DNA of 64,000 nt from Planctomycetota bacterium (GTDB lineage Bacteria; Planctomycetota; UBA8742; UBA2392). Below the pieces are notes generated by a model. That model searched no databases. It was not told where the DNA came from and saw only the letters and a program-made list of their open reading frames with translations. The stretch covers positions 71,153 to 135,152 of the forward strand of contig QEVF01000019.1 in assembly GCA_003576915.1 (NCBI GenBank). The letters are read 5' to 3'. This document shows positions 45,612 through 54,566 of the stretch, in pieces. How positions within the stretch are numbered: the stretch's first letter is position 1; each line of letters opens with the position of its first letter. Position numbers and translations under genes: made by a program.

Positions 45612-46244
45612 ATGCCTTCACTCAAGATTGCACCTTCCCTGCTGTCGTGCGACTTCGCCAACATCCAGCGAGAGGTGGAGGCCATCGAGGCCGCGGGCGC
45701 GGATCTGCTCCATGTGGACGTCATGGACGCCCACTTCGTCCCCAATCTCACTATCGGTCCGCCTGTGGTTGCGGCCATCAAGCGCGTGGCCAGGAAGCCC
45801 CTGGACTGCCACCTGATGATGACCGACCCGCAGCGCTACGTGGCGGACTTTGCCAAGGCCGGCGCCGCTATCATCACGATCCATGTGGAGGCCAACGCGC
45901 CTGTGTCTGACACGCTTGACGCCATTCGCAAGGCCGGCGCCAAACCCGGGCTGGTGCTCAACCCCGAGACCCCCATCGACGCGGCTGCGCCTTACCTCAA
46001 CCGCATCGACATGCTGTTGATCATGAGCGTGTGGCCGGGCTTTGGCGGACAGAAGTTCATGCCGCAGGTGCTGGAGACGGTCAAAGCGGCGCGCAAGCTC
46101 GCCCCGGACCTGGACATCGAGATCGACGGCGGTATCAACGCGGAGACAGCCCGACAGGCCGTTGCTGCCGGCGCCAATGTTCTGGTGGCGGGCAGCTATG
46201 TGTTCAGCGGCGACTATGCCGCGCGCATCGCGAGCCTGCGATAG
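45612..46244 (+). CDS. rpe: Ribulose-phosphate 3-epimerase
   Basis: MPSLKIAPSLLSCDFANIQREVEAIEAAGADLLHVDVMDAHFVPNLTIG...MSVWPGFGGQKF...DGGIN. An ATG at 45588 is an alternative start. Confidence 0.9.
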   Translation: MPSLKIAPSLLSCDFANIQREVEAIEAAGADLLHVDVMDAHFVPNLTIGPPVVAAIKRVARKPLDCHLMMTDPQRYVADFAKAGAAIITIHVEANAPVSDTLDAIRKAGAKPGLVLNPETPIDAAAPYLNRIDMLLIMSVWPGFGGQKFMPQVLETVKAARKLAPDLDIEIDGGINAETARQAVAAGANVLVAGSYVFSGDYAARIASLR

Positions 46245-46377
46245 CGTCACAAGCCCCGGATGAATTGCAAATCCACGGCGGGGGCGCGCGGCATGATGGC
46301 GATGCCACGGCGCCTGCGGGTCGGGCGCCCGGCGTCCGGTTCACACCGCTTGGGCGGCAAACCCGGCCGGCAAGGCC

Positions 46378-47967
46378 CTAATAAATGCTCTTGGAGACGT
46401 CGATGCCTTTGGCGAAGAGCTCGTTGCAGGGAATGATGCGGCCGTCCTTGAGCAGCTTGATCATCACCTCGCTCACTTCCGGGTCGAACTGGTCGCCCGA
46501 ACAGCGGGTGAACTCAGCCACAGCCTCGCCCACATCGAAGTTGCGCCGGTAGCTGCGGTTGCTGGTCATGGCGTCGAAGGCGTCGGCCAGGGCCACGACC
46601 CTCGCCGTCTGGGGAATTTCCTGGCCTGCCAGCCCGTCCGGGTAACCCAGACCGTTGTACATCTCGTGGTGGTGCTTGGCCGCCGCTACGACACCCGGAA
46701 TGTTGCGGATGTGGCTGAGGATTTCGGCGCCGCGCACAGGGTGCTGGCGGATGATCTTCACCTCTTCCGGCGTGAGGCGCGAGGGCTTGGTGAGGATCTT
46801 CTCGGCCACGCCGATCTTGCCGACGTCATGCAGCAGGGCGCCCAGGCGCACGTTGTCCATGGTTTCGGCGTCGAGGCCCATTTCCTCCGCGATCGTGACC
46901 GCAAAGGCCGTGACGCGCTCGCTGTGTCCGTGGGTGTACTGGTCCTTGGCTTCAATGCTCGAAACCAGCGTGCGCACGCAGGAGTAGAACAGCCCCTCCA
47001 TGTCCTCAAAGAGGCGGGCGCGCTGGATGGCCAACCCCGCCTGACGGCCGATGGCCGCCAGCAGCTCCAGTTGGTGGGCCTTGAAGGGGGCCTCGCTGTC
47101 CACGTTGTCCAGATAAATCGCGCCGATCACGTCGGTGTTGGTCCGCACGGGAACGCACATCGCGCTCTTGATGTGCTTGCTGCTGGGATCGCCGGTGTCG
47201 GGGAACACATTGCCGGAGATCACCGCCACGCCCTTCTTCACGCTGTGCAGCACGATGGGGCGGCAGAGCAGCAACTCGTCATCCACGGCGCGCAGGATGC
47301 GGGTGCTCGTCCTGGCCGCGCCGGCTCCGGTTCGGCGGCGGCGCACCACCACGGGCTCCAGCGTCTTCTCGGCGCTGTCATACATGACCAGGAACCCGCG
47401 GTCTGGCCGCAGGGTCTCCATGGCCACGTCCATGATGGTGTGGCAGACACGGTCGAGGCTCTCTTCGCTGTGGATGAGGTTGCCGACCTGATAGATGGTC
47501 TGGAGGGCCTTGCGCAGGCGTCCTGCAACCTCCAGGGCGTGCTCGGGCGAGGCATCCGCCTCGTCGTCAAGCATGAAGGCCCCGTCCTCGAAGTTGCGCT
47601 CCGTAACGATGGACTTGACCGCGGGCTCCGCCGCCAGCAGGGCGCTCGTGGCCGCGACTTTGGCGCCGGGCGCGTCCTGAACCCGGAAGTCCATGGTCAC
47701 CGGGCCCACTTTGATGCGGTCGCCCGGATGCAGGATCTTGCTGGCGATCTTCTTGTCGTTGACCAGCGTGCCCGCAGTGCTCTGCAGGTCGGTCAGAAGG
47801 AAGAAGCTGCCCTTGCCCTCAATTGAAAAGTGGGTGCGGCTGACTTCGTCCTCCACGAGCTGCTGATCGCAGGAAGGCGAGCGCCCGAACACAATGCGGG
47901 CGTGGGGCGAAAGGGGAACGGATTCGCCGTCGCGTTTGCCACCGTGGATGACCAGCTCGGCCTTCAT
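46378..47967 (-). CDS. FHA-GAF-HD-GYP multidomain protein (putative c-di-GMP phosphodiesterase)
   Basis: The FHA domain reads IVFGRSPSCDQQLVEDEVSRTHFSIE...LLTDLQSTAGTLVNDKKI. A GAF-like middle region follows. The HD-GYP domain reads YTHGHSERV...ALLHDVGKIGV...QHP.RGAEIL...KHHHEMYNGLGYPDGLAG...ALADAFDAMTSNRSYR. Confidence 0.85.
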   Translation of the reverse strand: MKAELVIHGGKRDGESVPLSPHARIVFGRSPSCDQQLVEDEVSRTHFSIEGKGSFFLLTDLQSTAGTLVNDKKIASKILHPGDRIKVGPVTMDFRVQDAPGAKVAATSALLAAEPAVKSIVTERNFEDGAFMLDDEADASPEHALEVAGRLRKALQTIYQVGNLIHSEESLDRVCHTIMDVAMETLRPDRGFLVMYDSAEKTLEPVVVRRRRTGAGAARTSTRILRAVDDELLLCRPIVLHSVKKGVAVISGNVFPDTGDPSSKHIKSAMCVPVRTNTDVIGAIYLDNVDSEAPFKAHQLELLAAIGRQAGLAIQRARLFEDMEGLFYSCVRTLVSSIEAKDQYTHGHSERVTAFAVTIAEEMGLDAETMDNVRLGALLHDVGKIGVAEKILTKPSRLTPEEVKIIRQHPVRGAEILSHIRNIPGVVAAAKHHHEMYNGLGYPDGLAGQEIPQTARVVALADAFDAMTSNRSYRRNFDVGEAVAEFTRCSGDQFDPEVSEVMIKLLKDGRIIPCNELFAKGIDVSKSIY

Positions 47968-48233
47968 GGCGCGCTCTAAGTGGACCGGCTGTAAATGTGA
48001 GTTCCTGTCGCTTTCGTCCGGGCGCGAAGTCGCGACCGATAAAACATCGGCTGACCGTTACCTCACAGTGAAGAGTGTAGCACAAAAACCTTCCGTTAAT
48101 GCCAAGGCCCTCGCGGCCCGTTTGGAATCGCTGACCGCCGCTGCGAGTATTGTCATTGCCGCCGCGATGCCGGGGCGGCGCCTGGTTCGGGCTGCCTCTT
48201 TCCCTTGGGGCGCGATTTCCCAACAATGTCTCC

Positions 48234-49211
48234 ATGGCCTACGACGACCGCGACTATTACCGCGAGCCCCGCCGCCTCGAGTTCACCGGCGCCGTGGGCC
48301 GCGGCACGATGACGCTCATGATCGTCATCTCCGCGGGCTACTTCATGGGCGCCGTGCTGTCGAACACCCTGACCTATCATGATGCCCTCTGGCTGTCGCA
48401 GGCGCGCCAGGGCGAGGGTATGGCGGCATGGTTCTACCGCCTGTTCGTTCTCACCAGCACCAATTTGGCGCCCTGGGCCGCCGGCTTTGAACCCCAGCCC
48501 TGGAAGCTGCTTACATGCTGGCTCGTGAGCCACTCCCTGGTGGACCTGGTGTTCACCCTCATCGGCGCCTTCATCGTCGGTCGCGCCATGGAACAGTTGC
48601 TGGGCTGGAAGTGGCTTCTGCTCTCCGCCCTTGCTCTTTCGGCCTGCTCGGCAGCGTTGGCGGGTCTGGCCGATGCCGCGCTGCTGGGCAGCCGCCAGAG
48701 TGTAATCATGGGCCTGAACGCGGCGCTGCTGGGGCTTTTCACGCCCCTGATCTGGCTGTACCCGAAGGAGCAGAAAATCCTTGGATTTCCGGCGCGGTCC
48801 TTCATTGTAGTGCTTCTGGTGGCGCTGGTGAGCTTTGGCCTGCTGATGTCTCTGGCCACCCCGGCTGAAGTGGTGACCAGCCCCACTCAGCCGATGTTCG
48901 CGGTGCTTCTATCCGCGGGGGCGTGCGCGTGGCTTCAGCGCCGGGGCGTTCTGACGCGTCTGGCGGGCGTGGCGGAAGACGACCGATCCACCTGGGGGCG
49001 CCCGATGTACCGGCCCGACGAAAGCCGCCTCGACGAGAGGGAGAGCTTCTTTCCGGGCCGCCCGCAGGAAGACGAGGAGGCGCGCCGTGACGCGGAGGAG
49101 CGCAAGCAGGTCGATGCCCTGCTGGAGAAGATCAGCCGTGAGGGCATCGGCAGTCTGAGCCGCTCCGAGCGCCAGTTTCTGGACGGGCAGTCGCGCAAGC
49201 TCAAGAAATAG
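48234..49211 (+). CDS. Rhomboid-like membrane protein lacking the catalytic Ser/His (pseudoprotease), with a charged C-terminal tail
   Basis: ATG at 48234 within ORF 48150..49211. WKLLTCWLVSHSLVDLVFTLIGAFIVGRAMEQLLG has rhomboid TM2-3 topology. The GxSG position reads IMGLNAALLG and no TM6 His is evident. Confidence 0.55.
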   Translation: MAYDDRDYYREPRRLEFTGAVGRGTMTLMIVISAGYFMGAVLSNTLTYHDALWLSQARQGEGMAAWFYRLFVLTSTNLAPWAAGFEPQPWKLLTCWLVSHSLVDLVFTLIGAFIVGRAMEQLLGWKWLLLSALALSACSAALAGLADAALLGSRQSVIMGLNAALLGLFTPLIWLYPKEQKILGFPARSFIVVLLVALVSFGLLMSLATPAEVVTSPTQPMFAVLLSAGACAWLQRRGVLTRLAGVAEDDRSTWGRPMYRPDESRLDERESFFPGRPQEDEEARRDAEERKQVDALLEKISREGIGSLSRSERQFLDGQSRKLKK

Positions 49212-49218
49212 GGCCGCC

Positions 49219-50574
49219 ATGAACAGGTACTTCCTGATTACCTTTTCGATTCTGCCGCTGCTGGTCATTGCGGGGGTGCTGGCCCTGAACATGTGGGGGC
49301 GCGACTACGGGCCGCCGCCAAAGGCCGAGGGCGCGGAAAAGGAGCTGGCGCTCTACCTTGAGGTTCGCGAGATCATGCTGGAGCGCTACGACGGGGACCT
49401 GGATGGCACAAAGCTTCTCGACGGCGCCCTGGCCGGCATGACCGCCGCCCCCGGCGACCGCTTCACCCAAATCAATGTCCCCCTCAAGGCACAGGCCCAG
49501 CGCGAGCAGCTTCAGGGCCACTTTTACGGCATCGGCGTGCTGGTGCGCGGCAACACGGACGGCAGCATTCTGGTGCGAGGGGTCTATGCCGACGGGCCGG
49601 CCGCCAGGGCGGGACTGAAGGACAACGACGTGATCGTGGCCGTGGACGGAGCCTCCTGCCTGGACCAGCCCTTTGAGGCCACGCAGCGGCGCATCCGCGG
49701 AGAGCGCAACACGCCGGTCGTGATCACCGTGCTGCGCGGGGGCAAACCCGACAACGGACGCGACGTGCACGCCGAAAAGCTGGATTTCTCGATCACACGG
49801 GGCGAAGTCACCAGTTATTCGGTACACAACGCCCGCACGGAAGAACGGGCGGGCCGCAAGTTCGGCTATGTGCGCGTTTCGGACTTTCACGACAATACGT
49901 TTGACCCCCAACTCAAGGAGGCCATCGAGCGTCTGACGCGGGGGGGCGCTGAAGGCCTGGTGCTGGACCTGCGCCAGAACGGTGGGGGCAAGGTCCGCGT
50001 GGCGGAGGCCATGATCGATGCCTTCCTGGATGAGAAGGACGCCCTGATGGTCTTCACCCGCAGCAACAACGAGAAGAACCGCAAGGATGACCGCGAGAGC
50101 CGCACACAGGATGATCAGGCCATCACCCGCCTTCCCCTGGTGCTCCTGGTGGACCGCGGAACGGCCAGCGCGGCGGAGATTGTCACCGGCGCCCTGAAGG
50201 ATCACGGGCGGGCCCTGGTCGTCGGCGAGCGCACCTTCGGCAAGGGCGTGGTGCAGAGCATCGTTTATCTGCGCACGGACCCCCGCTACAGCCTGAACGT
50301 GACCACCACGCAATACTACACGCCCCTGGGCCGCAGGGTGCAGAAGGGATCCAAGGGTGAGCCCGGCGGCATTCGGCCGCACGTTGAAATTCCGTACCGC
50401 GACGAAGATGAGTACCGGCTGATCGCCACGAAGCTGGAGCTTCAGGAGTCTCAGCTTTCCCCGGGCGCGCTGCTGGAGACGGAAGCGCAGCGCCAAGCCT
50501 TCAACGCCGAAGACCGCATGCTGGATGCGGCCCTGAACCTTCTGGCCGGCAAGGCCGTCAACGTGAAGGACTGA
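49219..50574 (+). CDS. ctp: S41 carboxyl-terminal processing peptidase (Ctp/Prc family) with a PDZ domain
   Basis: The PDZ domain reads GIGVLV...ILVRGVYADGPAARAGLKDNDVIVAVDG. The S41 core has LVLDLRQNGGG, LVLLVDRGTASAAEIVTGALKD (catalytic Ser) and GERTFGKG (Lys). Confidence 0.85.
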   Translation: MNRYFLITFSILPLLVIAGVLALNMWGRDYGPPPKAEGAEKELALYLEVREIMLERYDGDLDGTKLLDGALAGMTAAPGDRFTQINVPLKAQAQREQLQGHFYGIGVLVRGNTDGSILVRGVYADGPAARAGLKDNDVIVAVDGASCLDQPFEATQRRIRGERNTPVVITVLRGGKPDNGRDVHAEKLDFSITRGEVTSYSVHNARTEERAGRKFGYVRVSDFHDNTFDPQLKEAIERLTRGGAEGLVLDLRQNGGGKVRVAEAMIDAFLDEKDALMVFTRSNNEKNRKDDRESRTQDDQAITRLPLVLLVDRGTASAAEIVTGALKDHGRALVVGERTFGKGVVQSIVYLRTDPRYSLNVTTTQYYTPLGRRVQKGSKGEPGGIRPHVEIPYRDEDEYRLIATKLELQESQLSPGALLETEAQRQAFNAEDRMLDAALNLLAGKAVNVKD

Positions 50575-50577
50575 GCC

Positions 50578-51057
50578 TTGGACCTGAAACTGCGCCCGGC
50601 CACAATGGAAGACCTGCCTCTGCTGGTGCGGCATCGAAGGGCCATGTTCGAGGAAATGGGCTTTGCGGCCACGCGCGACCTTGACGAGCACGACCAGGCC
50701 TTTGCGGTGTGGGCCGAGCAGATGATGGCGACCGGACGCCTTGTGGCCTTCGTGGCCCAGTTCGGGGACAGGCCGGGGGCTTCGTGCTGCCTGTGGCTGC
50801 GCGAGCAGCAACCCAAACCCGGCCTGGGGCAGGCGCACGCGCCCTACCTTATGTCCATGTTCACCGATCCCCCCTTCAGGCGCCGGGGGGCAGCCGGGGC
50901 CCTGGCAGCGGCCGCACTGCAGTGGGCCGGGGAGCGGGGCTTTGCGCAGGTCACGCTGCATGCCTCAACGGCGGCGGTGGGCCTGTATGAACGCTTGGGC
51001 TTTGCGCGAACGTGGGAAATGCGGCGCAATCTGCTTGATGAGGGTCCGGAGGCCTGA
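50578..51057 (+). CDS. GNAT-family N-acetyltransferase
   Basis: TTG start 3 nt after the ctp stop. The sequence starts LKLRPATMEDLPLLV. The acetyl-CoA motif is PPFRRRGAAGALAAAALQWAGERG, followed by LHASTAAVGLYERLGF. Confidence 0.75.
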   Translation: MDLKLRPATMEDLPLLVRHRRAMFEEMGFAATRDLDEHDQAFAVWAEQMMATGRLVAFVAQFGDRPGASCCLWLREQQPKPGLGQAHAPYLMSMFTDPPFRRRGAAGALAAAALQWAGERGFAQVTLHASTAAVGLYERLGFARTWEMRRNLLDEGPEA

Positions 51058-51120
51058 CGCGGACCATTTCAAGGGCTGCCCAAGGTTCCTATCATCGCGC
51101 CCCGCTTTGCGAGGTCCGCC

Positions 51121-53151
51121 ATGATGAAGACAACCGCCCGGTGGCTTTCCGACTACGTCCAGACTGCACTGAGCCCCGAGAAACTGGCCGAGGTGCTTAC
51201 GCTTTCCGGCACGGAGGTCGAGGTCATGGAGCCGGTGGGGGCTGATACCCGCTTCACGCTGGAAGTCACCAGCAACCGCACGGATTGCCTGAGCGTTCTG
51301 GGCCTGGCGCGCGAGGTGGCGGCCGTCACGGGCATGCCGCTGAAGCTGCCCACCCCGAACTACAAGACGGCGGTCGACAAGGCAGCCGGCGTGGCGAGCG
51401 TGACCATTGAGCCTGATGCTCTGGCGGCCTGCCCCTATTACACGGCCCAGGTGATTCGCGGCGTGAAGGTGGGACCCTCACCCCTTTGGCTCCGTGAACG
51501 TCTGGAGGGCATCGGGCTGACGCCCGTGAACAACATCGTCGATATCACCAACTTCGTCCTGTTTGAAACGGGCCAGCCCCTGCACGCCTTCGATCTCGCG
51601 AAGCTGGCCGGGCGCCGCGTGGTCGTGCGGATGGCCCGCGCGCAGGAAAAGTTCAGCCCCATCGCTGACCGCAGGCAGCGCCCCCTGATAGAACTTGACA
51701 CGTCAACACTCGTGATCGCCGATGCTGAGAAGGCGCAGGCCGTGGGGGGCGTGATGGGCGGGGCGCAAAGCCAGGTCACGGCCGCCACCACAGACATTCT
51801 GCTGGAAAGCGCCTACTTCGAGCCGCGCGGCATCAAGGCCGCCAGCCGCCGGCTGGAGCTGAGCAGCGACTCCAGTTTCCGCTTCGAGCGCGACGTGGAC
51901 GCAGCGCAGGTGCCGGCGGCCAGCCGCCGCGCGGCACAGCTGATTGTTGAGCTGGCAGGGGGCGAGGTGCTTGACGGCATGCTGGAGGCCGGAAAGGCCC
52001 CAAGGCGCAGTCGGGAGATCGTGCTGGATCACGGGCTGATCCGCCGCGTGCTGGGCACGGACGTTCCGGCAGCCGAAGTCCGGCGCATCCTCGAGGCACT
52101 GGGGCTTTCGGCCGACGAAACGGGAAGGCGCTTTACGGCGCCGAGCTTCCGCCCTGACCTCGAGCGCGACATCGACCTCGTCGAGGAAGTGGGCCGCGTC
52201 TGGGGCCTGGATCGCGTTGCGGCGCCCCTGCGCATGACCGTGGCCATGGCCCGCCCCACGCGGCGCCAGTGCGTGCGGGCCAGGGTCCGGGAAGTCATGC
52301 GCGGTCTGGGCTTTTCGGAGGGGCTGAGCGACAGCTTCGTGAACCCCCGAACCAGCGTGGCCGCCTTCACCATCGACGGAATGGCACACACCGTCATTGA
52401 GGCGCGCAACCCCGTCAATGCCGCGCTGCCCGCCCTGCGTCGCAACCTGCTGGGCAGCCTGCTGCTCTCGCTCCAGACAAACCAGAGGCAGGCCCAGGCG
52501 CAGACGCGGCTGTACGAAGTGGCCAACGTGTTCACGCCCAAGGCGGCGTCCCGCGAGTCAGGCGAGCATGAGGTGCTGGGCCTGCTGGGCCGCGATTTCG
52601 CCGACGTGAAGGGTGCCGTCGAGACGCTGCTGGCGCGCCTGGGTATCGATGCGCCCCTGGGGCTCAGGCCCGAATCCGAGGCGATTTTCGCCGCCGGGCG
52701 CGCGGCGCGCTTGAGCCTTGGCGGCGAGGCCCTGGGTGTGGTCGGCGAGCCCTCCGCGGCCGTGATGAAGGAGTTCGAGTGCGAGGGCCGCTGCGCGCTG
52801 GCAGAGCTGCACCTGTCGCTGCTGGTTCGGCACTGGCGCGAGACGCCGCGCTTTTCCGCGCCGCCGCGCTTTCCCGCCGCGGAGCGCGATCTGGCCGTGG
52901 TGCTGGACGCTTCGAAATCATGGGCCGAGGTTGTGGCCTGCGTGCGCGGCGCCTGCGACAGCACGCTGCGCGAGGTGGAGTTGTTTGACGAGTTCCGGGG
53001 CAAACAGGTGCCGCCCGGCAGGAAGAGCCTCGCCTTCAGGCTGACTTTCCGGCACGACGAGCGCACATTGCGGGCCGAAGAGGTTCAGGCCCAGGTGGAT
53101 GGCGCCGTCAAGGCGCTCTCCGAAAAGCTGGGCGGCACGCTCAGGGCCTGA
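51121..53151 (+). CDS. pheT: Phenylalanine--tRNA ligase beta subunit (short form without the N-terminal OB tRNA-binding insert)
   Basis: MMKTTARWLSDYVQTALSPEKLAEVLTLSGTEVE...EVTSNRTDCLSVLGLAREVAA...CPYYTAQVIRGVKVGPSPLWLRERLEGIGLTPVNNIVDITNFVLFETGQPLHAFD. B3/4, B5 and FDX-ACB-like regions follow (RFPAAERDLAVV). Confidence 0.9.
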   Translation: MMKTTARWLSDYVQTALSPEKLAEVLTLSGTEVEVMEPVGADTRFTLEVTSNRTDCLSVLGLAREVAAVTGMPLKLPTPNYKTAVDKAAGVASVTIEPDALAACPYYTAQVIRGVKVGPSPLWLRERLEGIGLTPVNNIVDITNFVLFETGQPLHAFDLAKLAGRRVVVRMARAQEKFSPIADRRQRPLIELDTSTLVIADAEKAQAVGGVMGGAQSQVTAATTDILLESAYFEPRGIKAASRRLELSSDSSFRFERDVDAAQVPAASRRAAQLIVELAGGEVLDGMLEAGKAPRRSREIVLDHGLIRRVLGTDVPAAEVRRILEALGLSADETGRRFTAPSFRPDLERDIDLVEEVGRVWGLDRVAAPLRMTVAMARPTRRQCVRARVREVMRGLGFSEGLSDSFVNPRTSVAAFTIDGMAHTVIEARNPVNAALPALRRNLLGSLLLSLQTNQRQAQAQTRLYEVANVFTPKAASRESGEHEVLGLLGRDFADVKGAVETLLARLGIDAPLGLRPESEAIFAAGRAARLSLGGEALGVVGEPSAAVMKEFECEGRCALAELHLSLLVRHWRETPRFSAPPRFPAAERDLAVVLDASKSWAEVVACVRGACDSTLREVELFDEFRGKQVPPGRKSLAFRLTFRHDERTLRAEEVQAQVDGAVKALSEKLGGTLRA

Positions 53152-53203
53152 GGGCCGTCATGGGCCCTGCACTTTGGCGCCCGGCGGCTGCTAGACTCGG
53201 GGC

Positions 53204-54454
53204 GTGATCGGCGCTCTGGACCATCCCCAACTCACCCACGACTGGTTCACGACCGTTCTGCTGCGCGTGGGCGGGCGCGGGCTCGTGATCTACGAGCGCT
53301 GGGCGCTCAGCTTCTCGGGCATTGAGGATGTGCGCGGCGTGGCCGACCGCGGCGAGGTCATTCTCGACGTCTATTATCTGATGTACCTGATTTCGTTCCT
53401 GATGGTGTTCGTGCTGTTCAGGCGCTGGCGCGAAGACGGCTGGCTCAAGGTGCGCAAGCATGTCGTCTATGACGCCGTGTTCATGTCGCTGACGGCGACC
53501 CTGATCGGCGCCAAGGCTGCCTACATTCTCATCTACAATCCTGATTTCTACTTCAAGGAGCCTGCCACCACGGGCGAGATGCTGCGCCGCATCTTCCTGA
53601 ACTGGAGCGGCATGGCCAGCCACGGCGCGGCCTTCGCCATAGTGCTTGGGGCCTTTCTCTGGTGGCTGAAGTCGCGGGCGCCTGTGGTTCACATGGGCGA
53701 TGTCGGCTGCACGGCGGGCGCATTTGGCGCCATCTGCGTGCGGCTGGCCAACTTCCTCAATGGTGAACTCTACGGCCGCGAGGCGCCGGGCTGGCTGCCC
53801 TGGGCCATGCACTTCGAAGTCCGCAATGGCCGCGGCAACAAGCTCTTCGTGCAGGAGGGGCGCTGGTATGAACTGGCCAGCGTGGCCCAGCCCGACGGAA
53901 CCATGGCGCGGCAGTACGTGGAGACCCAACCCTACCATCTGGGCTATGAACTCGTGCAGCAGGGCGCCGGCGGCGCAAGACACGTGGACCCCGCTGCGGT
54001 TCCCTCAGACCTGCAGCACGTCATGTTGCAGGTGATTACGAGCCCTCGCCACCCGAGCCAGCTTTATCAATGCCTGCTGGAGGGGGTGCTGCTGTTTGCC
54101 TTCATGGTGTTCATGCGCAAGCGGGTCAGGCGTGCGGGCGTGCTGGCGGGCATATTCTTTGCGGGCTATGCGGGTGCGCGCTTCATTGGCGAGTTCTTCC
54201 GCGAGCCTGACAAGCAGTTCCAGAGCGCCGAGAATCCGCTGGGTACCGTGCTGGGGCCCCTGAGCATGGGCCAGTTGCTCAGTCTGGGCATGCTGGCCTT
54301 TGGACTGGGGGTCATTGCCTATTTCCTGCGGCGCGGGCGCCTGATCAGCGAGATCGAGCTGTGGCCGCCCGAGCCCCCGGCTTCCGCGGCCAAGGCAGGG
54401 GGGGACGGCGCCCTGGCCGGCAGCCCGCCGCCCGTGGACCCATCGTCGCGGTGA
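53204..54454 (+). CDS. lgt: Prolipoprotein diacylglyceryl transferase (long form)
   Basis: Motifs: IGAKAAYILIY, HGAAFAIVLGAFLW, RLANFLNGELYGREA, RHPSQLYQCLLEGVLLF and FFAGYAGARFIGEFFREPD. At 416 aa with an internal insertion, it is longer than the typical ~290 aa. The GTG start is uncertain. Confidence 0.8.
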   Translation: MIGALDHPQLTHDWFTTVLLRVGGRGLVIYERWALSFSGIEDVRGVADRGEVILDVYYLMYLISFLMVFVLFRRWREDGWLKVRKHVVYDAVFMSLTATLIGAKAAYILIYNPDFYFKEPATTGEMLRRIFLNWSGMASHGAAFAIVLGAFLWWLKSRAPVVHMGDVGCTAGAFGAICVRLANFLNGELYGREAPGWLPWAMHFEVRNGRGNKLFVQEGRWYELASVAQPDGTMARQYVETQPYHLGYELVQQGAGGARHVDPAAVPSDLQHVMLQVITSPRHPSQLYQCLLEGVLLFAFMVFMRKRVRRAGVLAGIFFAGYAGARFIGEFFREPDKQFQSAENPLGTVLGPLSMGQLLSLGMLAFGLGVIAYFLRRGRLISEIELWPPEPPASAAKAGGDGALAGSPPPVDPSSR

Positions 54455-54566
54455 GGCGCCATCCCCGCTGAAAAAGTGGCCGGATGCCAGCTCATCAACG
54501 ACCTGATAGGTTAACCTCCAGCCTCGGCGGCATGTCCGCTCGCGCTTCCCTTTCAGGAGGAACTTC

